DNA of 64,000 bases from Dehalococcoidia bacterium (GTDB lineage: Bacteria > Chloroflexota > Dehalococcoidia > Lucifugimonadales > Australimonadaceae), in contig OZ242348.1 in assembly GCA_965208625.1 (NCBI GenBank), positions 465,948-529,947 of the forward strand, written 5' to 3'. Below are positions 1-10,772 of the stretch, piece by piece; positions within the stretch are counted from its first letter, which is position 1, and every line of letters starts with the position of its first letter. The notes beneath the pieces were generated by a model. That model was not told the origin of the DNA. It did not search any database and worked only from the letters and a program-made list of their open reading frames with translations. Position numbers and translations under genes: made by a program.

Positions 1-2
1 CC

Positions 3-518
3 GTCACCTGACCGCCATGCGTGGCGGAGTCTCCGTCAATGGAAGACCTTGCGAGCAGGTATGCGGACGACGCGCACTTCCTGTTCGTCTACACCCGAGA
101 GGCGCACCCCGGCGAGCACTACCCACCGATCCACTACTACGAGCAGAAGGTGTTGCACGCGCGCTCCTTCAGGGAGCGGCTGGGGATAGGGCGCACGATC
201 CTCGTGGACTCGGTGCAGGGGAAGGTGCACCGGGTGTTCGGGGGCGTGTCGAATATGTCGTGGATCGTCGACCACACGGGGCGCGTCGCCTATCGCGCGG
301 CGTGGACGGTGGCGGACGATATCGAGAGCGCGCTCCAGGAGGTGCTGCGAGCCCGGATGCTGAAGCGTGAGGGACAGCCTGCGGCGGTGTTCTACCGGGA
401 GATCGTCGGACTGCGAACGATGCGCGAAGGTCCGCCGGACGGGCTGCCGCGATACATGGGCGGCGAGGTCGCCGCGCGGCAGTTCGAGGCTGCCCGCCGC
501 AAGACGGAACGAGCGTAG
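3..518 (+). CDS. Thioredoxin-fold, iodothyronine-deiodinase-like protein. It is 5' partial (runs off the window). The in-frame TGA at 9..11 is a candidate selenocysteine codon.
   Basis: ORF track 21..518. The same frame read upstream gives V-T-TGA-P-P-C, then 22 residues to FLFVYTREAHP. This matches the deiodinase T-U-P-P-F ... FLxVYIxEAHP layout and spacing (recalled from memory). Hairpin TGGCGGA-GTC-TCCGTCA at 22..38. Confidence 0.6.
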
Positions 519-532
519 GGACTGGAGGTAGC

Positions 533-919
533 GTGCCCATCTACGAGTTCAGGTGCAACGCGTGCGGCGCGAAGTCGTCGGCGTTCTTCAGGATGATGCG
601 TTCGGACGCCGCGGCGGCCTGCGGCCGCTGCGGGAGCGCCGACACCCGGCGGCTGTTCTCCACGTTCAAGGTCCGGATGCCGCGTCCCGGTCCGGAGCAG
701 CTCAACAAGGCGGAGCTGCTTGACGGCGTCGACTACACGAATCCCGCCTCGATGGCGAACTTCTTCCGCAAGATGGGGAGCGCCTTCGACGACGAGCCGA
801 ACGAGCACATGGACGAGATCATGGGCAGGCTCGACCACGGTGAGCCGGTGTACAAGGCGCTGGACCTGGACATGGGCGGGCACGCGGGGCATTCGCACGG
901 GCCTGCTCCGCAAGAGTAG
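533..919 (+). CDS. FmdB-family zinc-ribbon protein (CxxC ... CxxC)
   Basis: N-terminus MPIYEFRCNACG ... CGRCGS. GTG start preceded by GGAGG at 524..528. Confidence 0.75.
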   Translation: MPIYEFRCNACGAKSSAFFRMMRSDAAAACGRCGSADTRRLFSTFKVRMPRPGPEQLNKAELLDGVDYTNPASMANFFRKMGSAFDDEPNEHMDEIMGRLDHGEPVYKALDLDMGGHAGHSHGPAPQE

Positions 920-949
920 GGGAGCTTAGCCGAGTCACCCCCGTCCTGG

Positions 950-1023
950 CCTTCCCCCATCAAGGGGGAAGGGACCCTGAGTGCAGAGAAAGAAGAGAGG
1001 GGCAGGATTTCCTGCCCCTCTCT
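950..1023. repeat. Two GC-rich hairpins between convergent genes (REP-like, possible bidirectional terminator)
   Basis: CCTTCCCCC-atcaa-GGGGGAAGG at 950..972. GAGAGGGGCAGG-attt-CCTGCCCCTCTC at 995..1022. The GGGGCAGG/CCTGCCCC core recurs at 47070..47099. Confidence 0.6.
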
Positions 1024-1049
1024 CTCGTTCCGGTATGTCCGGCTTTGCC

Positions 1050-2084
1050 TTAGACGTTGGCGAAAGCAGGGAAGACCTTCAACGGGTTCTTGTTGACGAT
1101 GGTCAGCTTGTCCTCTTCCGACAGCCCAGGCAGGTAGTCGATGACCGGGAGGAGGTTGTCCGAGGTGAGGCCGACGGCCGTGTGGGACGGGTGGTCGCTC
1201 TCCTGGCGGACGTTGCGGCCGGAGCCGGGGGCCTCGGTGCCCAACGCCATGTTGGCGACGCCCCATTGCTTGATGGCAAGCTCCAGGTAGTCGATGTCGT
1301 AGGTGCAGGTGTCGAAGAAGAGGTTGTCGCCTTCCCAGTTGCCGCGGTGGCGGGAGGAGGCGATGAACCGGTCCAGCGCTCCGCCCGCGTGGGCGATGCA
1401 GATGCGGAGGCCGGGGAACTTCGTGAAGATGTCGCTGTAGGCAAGGATGCGGGTCGCGAGGAAGGTCTCAACGACGAACCCGACTTGGTAGTTGCCGGGG
1501 ATATGGCCGATGCGCGGGTCCAGGCAGTTCGTGCCGTGGATGAACACGGGGACGTTCCACTCCTGGCACTTCTCGTAGACGGGGTACCAGTAAGGCTCGT
1601 GCATGCCGGGGGAGTTGTGGCGGCCGTCGGGGTCGGGGCTGAGGTACGTGCCGACGAAGCCGTACTCCTTGACGTTCTTCTCGAACTCCGGGATGCAGTT
1701 GCTGAGGTCGTCAGCTTCGGCCAACTGGGGCAGCATGGACGCGCCGAGGTAGCGCGTGGGGAAGTTGTCGACCTGCTTCTTGATGGTGTCGTTGGTGAAC
1801 TCGCACCACGGGCCGTAGAGGTTGCGGGGCATCCAGCCCATCATCGTAAAGGGGCGGGGGCCGATAACCTGGACGTCGATGTTGCGCTCGTCCATGTACT
1901 CGGTGTGCATGGTGTTGGTGCGCAAGAACGCTTCGTCGCTGAGGTCACCGGACGCGGAGCCTGTCGCGCGCAGCGGGCTTGCACCGACGTGGCCGGAGGA
2001 GAACCCCCCGACAATCCAGGTGCGCACCGAGTTGGGCGCTGATACATGGCCATGGACATCGAAGACCTTTGTGCCTTTGAACAT
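1050..2084 (-). CDS. Amidohydrolase_2 family metal-dependent hydrolase/decarboxylase (ACMSD-like)
   Basis: 344-aa ORF with N-terminal VFDVHGHV HxH metal motif. AGGAGGAGG Shine-Dalgarno directly upstream of the ATG. Confidence 0.8.
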   Translation of the reverse strand: MFKGTKVFDVHGHVSAPNSVRTWIVGGFSSGHVGASPLRATGSASGDLSDEAFLRTNTMHTEYMDERNIDVQVIGPRPFTMMGWMPRNLYGPWCEFTNDTIKKQVDNFPTRYLGASMLPQLAEADDLSNCIPEFEKNVKEYGFVGTYLSPDPDGRHNSPGMHEPYWYPVYEKCQEWNVPVFIHGTNCLDPRIGHIPGNYQVGFVVETFLATRILAYSDIFTKFPGLRICIAHAGGALDRFIASSRHRGNWEGDNLFFDTCTYDIDYLELAIKQWGVANMALGTEAPGSGRNVRQESDHPSHTAVGLTSDNLLPVIDYLPGLSEEDKLTIVNKNPLKVFPAFANV

Positions 2085-2270
2085 GGGTCCTCCTCCTGTG
2101 CTCGCTTCTAAAGCGGCTGTGTTATCAAACGCTCGCGGCTGGAATCCCCCCTCAGCACGCGACGCGCCAGTAGGTCGCGCGGAGGGTAGTCCTTCCAGCC
2201 GCCGGTTGCAACTTTGCCGGTTACGCGACCAGGACGCCTGCCTCTGAGGGATCCGCCCAGCATGTGTGAA

Positions 2271-3266
2271 TCAGAAGGGCGGGGCGAAGCCATCCTTTCC
2301 TACGCCCAGCGTTGCGCCTCCTTGGGTGAGCGTGGTTTTCAGTACCGCATACGCTTCCGCGTAGTGTGCATCGTAGCGCTCGCGGACGGATGCGCGGTCA
2401 CAGTTGAGTTTCTGGGCCATCAACTCAACCGCCTTCTCGCGCGTCGACGCAACGAACTTGCCCCGCTGGTGGTGGAAGGGCTGGACGATGAAGCTCTTGA
2501 CGCCCGTCGCCAGCAGGCTCTCAGCGAAAGCGTATGGGTTGCTCACCCATAGCAATGGGGTCATCGTGATACAGGTCTGCACACCCGCGGCCTGAACCTC
2601 GGCGATGGCGCGGAGCCGCACAGTGTTCGACGGGCAAGATGGCTCAAAGGTCCGCCGCACCTCCTCATCGTCGGTCGTTACTGTCATGTTGACCTGCACT
2701 CTCCCGCCGTTCTCGTCGATGCGGCGGAACAGGTCGCAGTCCCGCACCACGTCCGGGCTGCGGGTTTGCACGACAAGTTTCGGACGGGGCCTGCTGGCGG
2801 AAGGTGGCTGGTGTACGTCGGTCAGCATCGGCATCTGCCCTTCCTGGGGTACACCATCCGCCATGGCTTCCAGCAGGGAGCGGGTAAGGCCGATTTGCCG
2901 CTCGACCGGCTGGTAGGGGTCGGTGACGCTGCTCATGTAGATGAGCTTGTCGTCCAGTGCGCCGGGTCTGCGCTCTAGCTTCTTCCTCAGGAGGGACTCT
3001 GCGTTCTCCTTCACCTTGACCCAGTATCCCCACTCGTCACGGGCCTCTGCCGTATGACTGAAGAAGGCGGCGTAGCAGTAGGTGCACCCGAACGAGCAGC
3101 CGCTGTAGGGGTTCAGTGTAAAGTCGTACTCGCCCATGAACCCCGTGGCCTTGGTCAGCACCTCACTGGCAGGAGTGTAGGAGATGTCCGTACCGCCTAG
3201 GCGTGCTGAACCAGCGACCGGTTTGGCAACGAGGAATTCAGGGTGTTGCTTAGTCCTGAGACTCAT
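2271..3266 (-). CDS. Radical SAM enzyme, SPL / COG1533 (spore-photoproduct-lyase-like, PA0069/Rv2578c-type) family
   Basis: LNPYSGCSFGCTYCYA is a CxxxCxxC cluster in the NPY-x-GC context typical of COG1533. Start is 3 nt after the stop of the upstream gene. G+C is intermediate. Confidence 0.75.
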   Translation of the reverse strand: MSLRTKQHPEFLVAKPVAGSARLGGTDISYTPASEVLTKATGFMGEYDFTLNPYSGCSFGCTYCYAAFFSHTAEARDEWGYWVKVKENAESLLRKKLERRPGALDDKLIYMSSVTDPYQPVERQIGLTRSLLEAMADGVPQEGQMPMLTDVHQPPSASRPRPKLVVQTRSPDVVRDCDLFRRIDENGGRVQVNMTVTTDDEEVRRTFEPSCPSNTVRLRAIAEVQAAGVQTCITMTPLLWVSNPYAFAESLLATGVKSFIVQPFHHQRGKFVASTREKAVELMAQKLNCDRASVRERYDAHYAEAYAVLKTTLTQGGATLGVGKDGFAPPF

Positions 3267-3269
3267 GAA

Positions 3270-4193
3270 CTACTTGAGTCCATTATAGATCAACCATGCT
3301 TCCGACGGCCACTGCCACGCTACATTCCTATCTAAGTATTGGTGCTGGAGGCCAGTCTTGGAATTAAGCGACCTCCTCCAATGAGAGACTTGGACTGCAT
3401 TCCCTGGTATAGGAGCTTCAATAGAATCAGTCCCACTCATGCAATTCCTGAATTTGGCAGGTCTCACTTGCTGAAGCATATAGTGTTTTGATTGGTGAGT
3501 AGAAATCAACATGGCAATAGGGCTTAAAGTTTGAGTAGCACCCAACACTCGTTTGATAGCAGCCGCATTGTCGTCATAGAGTGCATGAATCGCACTTACC
3601 CAGTATTCGTATCCAGCGGCTTCTTCGCGAAAGAGGTCAGGCGGTGACGTGCTGCATTGCACTTCGACTAGGGAAAGTGCTTTATTGAGAGGAGGTATTG
3701 CACTGGATTCAACTACAAATTGTTCCCATAGTCTCACTCCTAAGTCTATCATTGGGCGGCTGGTATCGGAAGAGTGAATGTTGATTGAATCAATAGCTTG
3801 ACCGTCAATAATGGCATCGGTAACAGCCAGTGCTACCGCAAACTGCATCGCTAGAGCTCCACATCCGAAATCAATAACCCGAAGCCGCCCACTCGGCCCT
3901 AGAATCAATGAGCGATTGCCTCTAACGCTTAGTAATCTCTTTATCATGCCGTAGGCTAGATTGATTTGTTTCGGTTGATACCAAAGCACGTAGAACAACG
4001 CGACCCAGTCATTCTGGTAGTCGGGTTGCTCCCCTGATTGCAGAAGGTCCAAGGATCTGAGCGCGAGCCGAATCTTGGTCTTGCGCTCAGATAGAGTTAG
4101 ATCCTTTGATAGGCGCTGATACTCAGTTTCGCCCACCTTCTGAATTGTTCGGTCAATAGCACTGGCTATCGACCGTGTGGTTCGCGCGTCCAC
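3270..4193 (-). CDS. Class I SAM-methyltransferase-like protein of unknown specificity, in an AT-rich insert
   Basis: LRVIDFGCGALAM matches Rossmann motif I, with an acidic residue about 20 aa later (IHSSDTS). GTG start with AAGGA 6 nt upstream. Sampled lines are 37-57% G+C against about 68% in flanks. Confidence 0.55.
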   Translation of the reverse strand: MDARTTRSIASAIDRTIQKVGETEYQRLSKDLTLSERKTKIRLALRSLDLLQSGEQPDYQNDWVALFYVLWYQPKQINLAYGMIKRLLSVRGNRSLILGPSGRLRVIDFGCGALAMQFAVALAVTDAIIDGQAIDSINIHSSDTSRPMIDLGVRLWEQFVVESSAIPPLNKALSLVEVQCSTSPPDLFREEAAGYEYWVSAIHALYDDNAAAIKRVLGATQTLSPIAMLISTHQSKHYMLQQVRPAKFRNCMSGTDSIEAPIPGNAVQVSHWRRSLNSKTGLQHQYLDRNVAWQWPSEAWLIYNGLK

Positions 4194-4213
4194 GGATCGT
4201 CCTTGCTCTGAAC

Positions 4214-5494
4214 CTACCCCACGAGCACGCCGGCCTCGGAGGGGAGCTGGTCGAAGATCTTGGCGTTGGCGTACTGCGGGTGGACGGGCACCTGGTGCTG
4301 CAGCTCGATCATGTTGCCGGTCTTCCCGGACTCGATGACGGCGAGCGTCGCCTCAAGCGTCGCCATGCCCCACTCGGGCGTGTGGTAGACGGGCGCGCCG
4401 TTGACGACGGCGTCGTACAGCTCCTTGAGCTCGGCGCGGCGGTTCATCGCCCACCCTGAGGGCGGCTTCAGGTCGATGGTGTGGTGGCCGTCGTTGTCGT
4501 AGATGGTGACGCCGTAGGCGGAGCGGGTGATGTCGCCGCGCTCACAAGAGACGACGACGAAGCCGGGCTCGGCGGGCACCCACGGCTCGCCACCGGGGTC
4601 GCGGTTCTGCCCCTCGCGCTTGAAGATCTCGACCTCGCGCTCACCCCCGATGCGGATCGCCTGCTTGTCGGACTCCTCGTCGCGGGTGCCGGTGATCATG
4701 CCGTTGCGCACCTTCATGCGCTCGGTCTCGTCGTACCGCTGGCGGTCGTGTCCCCAGGGGACGAGCTGCGCGCCCATGAAGTAGCCGTGTGCGTTGTGGA
4801 TGATGGTGGAAACGGCGCCGTTCTCGAACTCGAAGAGGGCTGAGTAGTAGCCGGGGATGGGGCGCTCGGGCATCCACTGGCCGACGACGCCTCGCACGTT
4901 CTTGACCATGCCTCCGCCGAGCAGGCGCACGGTGTCGATCTGGTGCGGGCCCTGCCGGTAGACGAGGCCGCCGCCCTGCGCGAGGTCGAGTTCCTCCGCG
5001 ACGCGGGGGCGCAGCAGCCAGTCCGTGTAGGCCATGAAGTTGATGGCCTTCACCGCGCCGAGCTGGCCGGACTCGATGATGCTGTACATCTTGCGGAACG
5101 GGGGGATGAACGAGCGCGTGTGGCCGGCGATGAGCACGTTGCCCGTGCGCTTCGCGGCGTCGCACATCGCCTGCGCCTCTTCGAGGTTGAGCGCCATCGG
5201 CTTCTCGACAACGACGTGCTTGCCGTGCTCGAGCGCGTAGATGGTCATGGGGGCGTGGAACCGGTTGGGCGTCGAGATCCAGACGGCCTCGACGTCGTCG
5301 TCCTCGCAGAGTGCTTCGATGCTCTCGTAGGCCTTCGCCTCGTAGCGGGCCTGGAAGCGCTCTCTCGTGAGCGGGTTGATGTCCGCTCCGGCGATAAGGT
5401 CGATCTCCTCCATCTGCTCGAAGGCGGGAAGCATCTCCGTGCCGCCCACGCCGATGCCTGCCATCGCCACGCCAAGTGTTCGTTTGGTTGTCAT
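4214..5494 (-). CDS. Gfo/Idh/MocA family NAD(P)-dependent oxidoreductase
   Basis: N-terminal GVAMAGIGVGG Rossmann motif and EKPMA motif. Start trimmed to ATG 5494 because of AAGGAGAG 5 nt upstream. Confidence 0.8.
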   Translation of the reverse strand: MTTKRTLGVAMAGIGVGGTEMLPAFEQMEEIDLIAGADINPLTRERFQARYEAKAYESIEALCEDDDVEAVWISTPNRFHAPMTIYALEHGKHVVVEKPMALNLEEAQAMCDAAKRTGNVLIAGHTRSFIPPFRKMYSIIESGQLGAVKAINFMAYTDWLLRPRVAEELDLAQGGGLVYRQGPHQIDTVRLLGGGMVKNVRGVVGQWMPERPIPGYYSALFEFENGAVSTIIHNAHGYFMGAQLVPWGHDRQRYDETERMKVRNGMITGTRDEESDKQAIRIGGEREVEIFKREGQNRDPGGEPWVPAEPGFVVVSCERGDITRSAYGVTIYDNDGHHTIDLKPPSGWAMNRRAELKELYDAVVNGAPVYHTPEWGMATLEATLAVIESGKTGNMIELQHQVPVHPQYANAKIFDQLPSEAGVLVG

Positions 5495-5654
5495 GTTGCT
5501 CTCCTTTGCGCCATCGTAGTTCTTCCCACCCACCCGCCCGGAGCGCTTGTGGGGGACACCCCCACGTCCCCGGCACAGGGGCTTCGCCCCTCTGCACTCC
5601 CCCAGGCAGGCTATCCGGCAGTGTTATACACCTGCACGCGCAAGCGCGCCACGC

Positions 5655-6962
5655 TTACCCCTCCTGCTCTGCCAACTCCTCCTGCAGCAGGTCCTCCGCG
5701 TACCGGAGCAGCGTCTGTTCGCGGTCATCGGGCGTGGCTTTCGACTGGAAGTAGCGCCGCAGGGCGTCGAGGGGCTCAATGCGCTCGGCGTCCTCCCACG
5801 GGAGGCGCGTCCGGCGCTCGCGCTCGACACGGCGTTCGATGCCGGCGACGTAGAACGCGGAGGCGAGCGCCGCGCGCACGTCTGCCTCGCGGAACGCGGG
5901 CTCCTGCTCGGCGCGCATGTCGATGCGCAGACGGACGATGGAGCGCGCAAGTTCCTCCTCCGCGTGCGCGGCGATGGCCTGGACCGCGGCCTCGGTGGGA
6001 TTGTCCATCGGACCTGTGGCCACGCGTATCGTGAGCATGGGGCGGGCAGGGGTCGGTACGAACTCGTAGCCGATGAGGCGCTCACCCTGCGGACGGGCGG
6101 GGTCTATCTCGGCGACGACGAAGCCCTTGTCCTCGCGCTCCTCGCTGAAGTCGACGCGTTCGATGCTGCCCGCGTAGACGACCGGCGGATGCTCCGTGAG
6201 CACCTGGTGCTTGTGGATGTTGCCGAGCGCGACGTAGTCGAACTGCGGGATGGCCACGGTGCCAAGGCTGAGGACGTGGTCGTTCCCCAGCATCATCGAC
6301 TGCTCGGAGGCGGTCTTCGCTCCGGCGATGTTGACGTGCGCGCAGAGCACGGCGGGGACGGCGGGGTCGAGCTTGTCGACCTCTTCCTGGAGGTACGTGA
6401 CGAGGCCTGTTTCGACCTCCTGCTTGATCTGCTCCAGCGTCTTGCCGCGCGTCTCCTCGCGGTTCATGAACTGGCCGATGCGTATCCACGGCAGCGCGAC
6501 GACCTGCACGTCCCCAGCCTTCGTGGGGATGCGGTGCGTGCCGAGCGTCTGTCCGACGGTGACGTTGGCGACGCTGAGCGTGGGGAAGATCTCGAGCGCG
6601 GTGGCGCGGTTGGCGACGTGCGGCAGGTCGTGGTTGCCGATGGTGAGGAACGTGGGGATGCCCGCCGCGGAGAGGCGCGCGATGCGGCGCGCGAACTCGC
6701 GCTGGTGCGTCTGCGTGGGGTTGCGCGCCTTGTAGGCGTCGCCCGCGAAGAGGACGAGGTCGCAGCCGCCGTCGATGGCGTAGTCGACGGCGTAGTCCAT
6801 CGCGGCGAGGAAGTCGAGGAGGCGCGTGTTGACGCCGAGGTACTCCGTGCGGTCGACGTTCGGCGCGAACCAGTCCGGCAGCGCGTCCAGGTCGGCCTGC
6901 GAGGCAGGGCGTCCGTACGTCTCGACGCCGACGTGGATGTCGGAGATGTGGAGGAGGCGCAT
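5655..6962 (-). CDS. SbcD/Mre11-type metallophosphoesterase (DNA repair exonuclease subunit) with a C-terminal helical extension
   Basis: MRLLHISDIHVG, GDAYK, GNHD and GNIH phosphoesterase motifs in order. Start trimmed to ATG 6962. No SbcC/Rad50 partner in the window. Confidence 0.75.
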   Translation of the reverse strand: MRLLHISDIHVGVETYGRPASQADLDALPDWFAPNVDRTEYLGVNTRLLDFLAAMDYAVDYAIDGGCDLVLFAGDAYKARNPTQTHQREFARRIARLSAAGIPTFLTIGNHDLPHVANRATALEIFPTLSVANVTVGQTLGTHRIPTKAGDVQVVALPWIRIGQFMNREETRGKTLEQIKQEVETGLVTYLQEEVDKLDPAVPAVLCAHVNIAGAKTASEQSMMLGNDHVLSLGTVAIPQFDYVALGNIHKHQVLTEHPPVVYAGSIERVDFSEEREDKGFVVAEIDPARPQGERLIGYEFVPTPARPMLTIRVATGPMDNPTEAAVQAIAAHAEEELARSIVRLRIDMRAEQEPAFREADVRAALASAFYVAGIERRVERERRTRLPWEDAERIEPLDALRRYFQSKATPDDREQTLLRYAEDLLQEELAEQEG

Positions 6963-7017
6963 GGGGGTCAGGCCCTCACACTCGGCGTGTTCCGGATGCC
7001 GCACCATTCAAGAAAGT

Positions 7018-7044
7018 GGGCCATTTTGAGCCATTCTGAGCCAT
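7018..7044. promoter_or_regulatory. Three 10-bp-phased direct repeats G(G/A)GCCAT, 56-82 bp upstream of the sbcD-like start
   Basis: GGGCCAT at 7018, GAGCCAT at 7028 and GAGCCAT at 7038, read directly from the sequence. Confidence 0.3.
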
Positions 7045-7238
7045 CCACTCGGGGATATGGCGTGGGGACCCAAGGGCTCCGCCTGCCGCCTCGCTGCCAT
7101 GGTAGGTGGCCCGGCGCGGACGGCACAAGGGGCGGGTGGCACTCCCCAAACGCGCGTGTTGTCCGTAGTCGCGTGGGGTGGGTAGTGGGCGGTAGGTTGC
7201 CGTCGAGCGGACCGAACATCGCCCTGGATGCCCCAGCG

Positions 7239-7244
7239 TATAAT
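7239..7244 (+). promoter_or_regulatory. Perfect TATAAT -10 hexamer upstream of the DUF433/DUF5615 pair. The -35 is not convincing.
   Basis: gcgTATAATgaatgggagtGAGGAGtcttggttATG. Confidence 0.3.
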
Positions 7245-7256
7245 GAATGGGAGTGA

Positions 7257-7496
<240 letters not shown>

Positions 7497-7505
7497 GGTC
7501 GCTCC

Positions 7506-7859
7506 ATGCGGGTGAAGATCGACGAGAACCTCCCGGTTGAGTTCAAGCGCCTATTCGCTGAATCCGGCCACGATGCGGAAACGGTTTTCGATGAGAGCAT
7601 GGGTGGCGCAATCGATGCGGAGGTTGCGTCGGCCTGCATCTCCGAAGACCGTGTGCTGGTGACACAGGACCTTGATTTCGCCGACATCAGGGCATATCCA
7701 CCCTCGGAGTATTCCGGCATCGTCGTCTTCCGGCTGGCAAATCAGGGGCGAGACCAACTCCTCCAGGTCGGCGCCGCCCTTATCGAGACGTTGACCAGGT
7801 CATCGCCTGCGGGACAGCTCTGGATCGTGGAGGAAGCGCGGGTGCGCATCAGAGAGTAA
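7506..7859 (+). CDS. DUF5615-family PIN-like (Mut7-C-like) putative toxin
   Basis: MRVKIDENLP ... GHDAETV ... LVTQDLDF pattern. Lies 9 nt downstream of the DUF433 gene. Confidence 0.65.
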   Translation: MRVKIDENLPVEFKRLFAESGHDAETVFDESMGGAIDAEVASACISEDRVLVTQDLDFADIRAYPPSEYSGIVVFRLANQGRDQLLQVGAALIETLTRSSPAGQLWIVEEARVRIRE

Positions 7860-7903
7860 CCAAGACCACCCTCAGGAGAGTATTGGGCACCCATGCCCAC
7901 TCT

Positions 7904-9244
<1,341 letters not shown>

Positions 9245-9380
9245 CGGTTCAACTCCTGGGGTACGCGGAGGGTGCAGGGCGCGCCCGTCAAGTATAGCGG
9301 ACGCCTGTGCATGGGCGGGGCAGGGTGAGCGTGCGCGGGGTGTATAGTGGCGACATCCCCGTGCTCCGAGCGGAGAAGCG

Positions 9381-10772
9381 ATGAGCCCCATAGTGCGTGG
9401 GCTGACGATGCTTTACCTGACGACGATCCTGCTCGGGTTCGCGCACGGGATGCTGCCCCCTATCATCCCGGTCCTTGCGAACGAGTTCCACATCTCAGGA
9501 GGGTTCGCGGCGCAGGTGGTCACCGCCTTCACCGCGGGGCGGCTGATCGGCCAGCCGGTCGGCGGAACGCTGATCGACAAGTTCGGCACGAAGCCGGCGG
9601 TCATCGGTGGGCCGATCATCATCGGAATCTCGGTATCGATCGGTATCGTGACGCCGTGGTTCTGGCCGTTGCTCTTGGGGCTGTTCGTTGCGGGCGCCGC
9701 GGACAGCGTCTGGATGCTGGGACGTGAGGTTGCAGGCGTGGACCTGGTGAAGGCGAACCAGCGCGGACGGCTCATGAGCGGGTTCATGGGTTTCCACGGC
9801 GTGGGGATGGGACTTGGGGCGTGGCTGGGCGGGACCGTGGGCGAGGAGATGGGCGCAACGGTCGTGTTCGGCATCTACACCGCTATCGCGGCGTTCGTCT
9901 TCTTCATCAGCGTGCTCATCCCCAGCGCCGACCGGCCGAAGACCGCTCCTGCCGCAAGGCTCCCGGTCGAGGACGTCAGGGAAGGGAGCCAGCTGGACCG
10001 CGTGCGCAACCTCTATCTGCAGATCGACCCGCGCCTCAGGGCGACGTACATCGTGCTGGTGTTCGCGACGGCGAGCATGATGCTCTACCGCATGGCGTAC
10101 CAGGCCATCCTGCCCCTGCACATGGACGAGATCGGGCTGGACCCCAGCCAGATCGGCGAACTCTTCGCCGTCGTTGCCATCGGCTCGCTGGTGATGATCG
10201 TGCCAGCGGGGTTCGTTGTGGACAAGATCGGGCGGAAGTGGGCGACCGTGCCGAGCACGGCGATACCCGGCATCGCCTTCCTGTTCATCCCGTTCACGGG
10301 CGACATGGGGCCGCTCATCGCGATAGCCGTGCTCATGGGCTTCTCGAACGGACTGTCACTGGGGTCGGTCGCCACGTCCACGTACGACGTCGCGCCGGAT
10401 GCGATACGCGCGCGGCTGCAGGCGGCGCGGCGGACGGTCGCGGAGGTGGGCGCCATCACGGGCCCGCTGCTCGGCGGGTTCATCGCGGTGCAGTTCGGAG
10501 CGGGCACTGCATTCTTCGTGTACGCGCCGGTGTTGCTCCTGGCTGCGATACTGTTGCTGTTCGTCGCCCGCGAGACGCTCGTGAAGGTCTCGGCCGCCGC
10601 AGCGTCCCTCGGGAACGGAGAACCCGTCTCCGGCCTCGCGCTCCTGAAGTCGATTCCGGTGCTGCTCATCGGCGCTGCGCTGCTGGTGTTCGTCGCGCGG
10701 AGCAGGCGGACGAAGCGTCTGACGGATGAGGGTTCCCGCGACCGCAGCGCCGCAGGTGCGGACCGCTCGTGA
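9381..10772 (+). CDS. MFS transporter
   Basis: 463 aa with about 12 hydrophobic segments and a G-rich loop motif ([16 protein letters not shown]). Confidence 0.75.
   Translation: MSPIVRGLTMLYLTTILLGFAHGMLPPIIPVLANEFHISGGFAAQVVTAFTAGRLIGQPVGGTLIDKFGTKPAVIGGPIIIGISVSIGIVTPWFWPLLLGLFVAGAADSVWMLGREVAGVDLVKANQRGRLMSGFMGFHGVGMGLGAWLGGTVGEEMGATVVFGIYTAIAAFVFFISVLIPSADRPKTAPAARLPVEDVREGSQLDRVRNLYLQIDPRLRATYIVLVFATASMMLYRMAYQAILPLHMDEIGLDPSQIGELFAVVAIGSLVMIVPAGFVVDKIGRKWATVPSTAIPGIAFLFIPFTGDMGPLIAIAVLMGFSNGLSLGSVATSTYDVAPDAIRARLQAARRTVAEVGAITGPLLGGFIAVQFGAGTAFFVYAPVLLLAAILLLFVARETLVKVSAAAASLGNGEPVSGLALLKSIPVLLIGAALLVFVARSRRTKRLTDEGSRDRSAAGADRS

Noticed and set aside
12-27. Perfect 6-bp hairpin CCGCCA-TGCG-TGGCGG immediately after TGA 9..11 as the SECIS element
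   Set aside because: Its apical loop is only about 8-11 nt from the UGA, closer than I recall for functional bacterial SECIS elements. The mutually exclusive hairpin at 22..38 fits the spacing better. It is kept only as an alternative fold.
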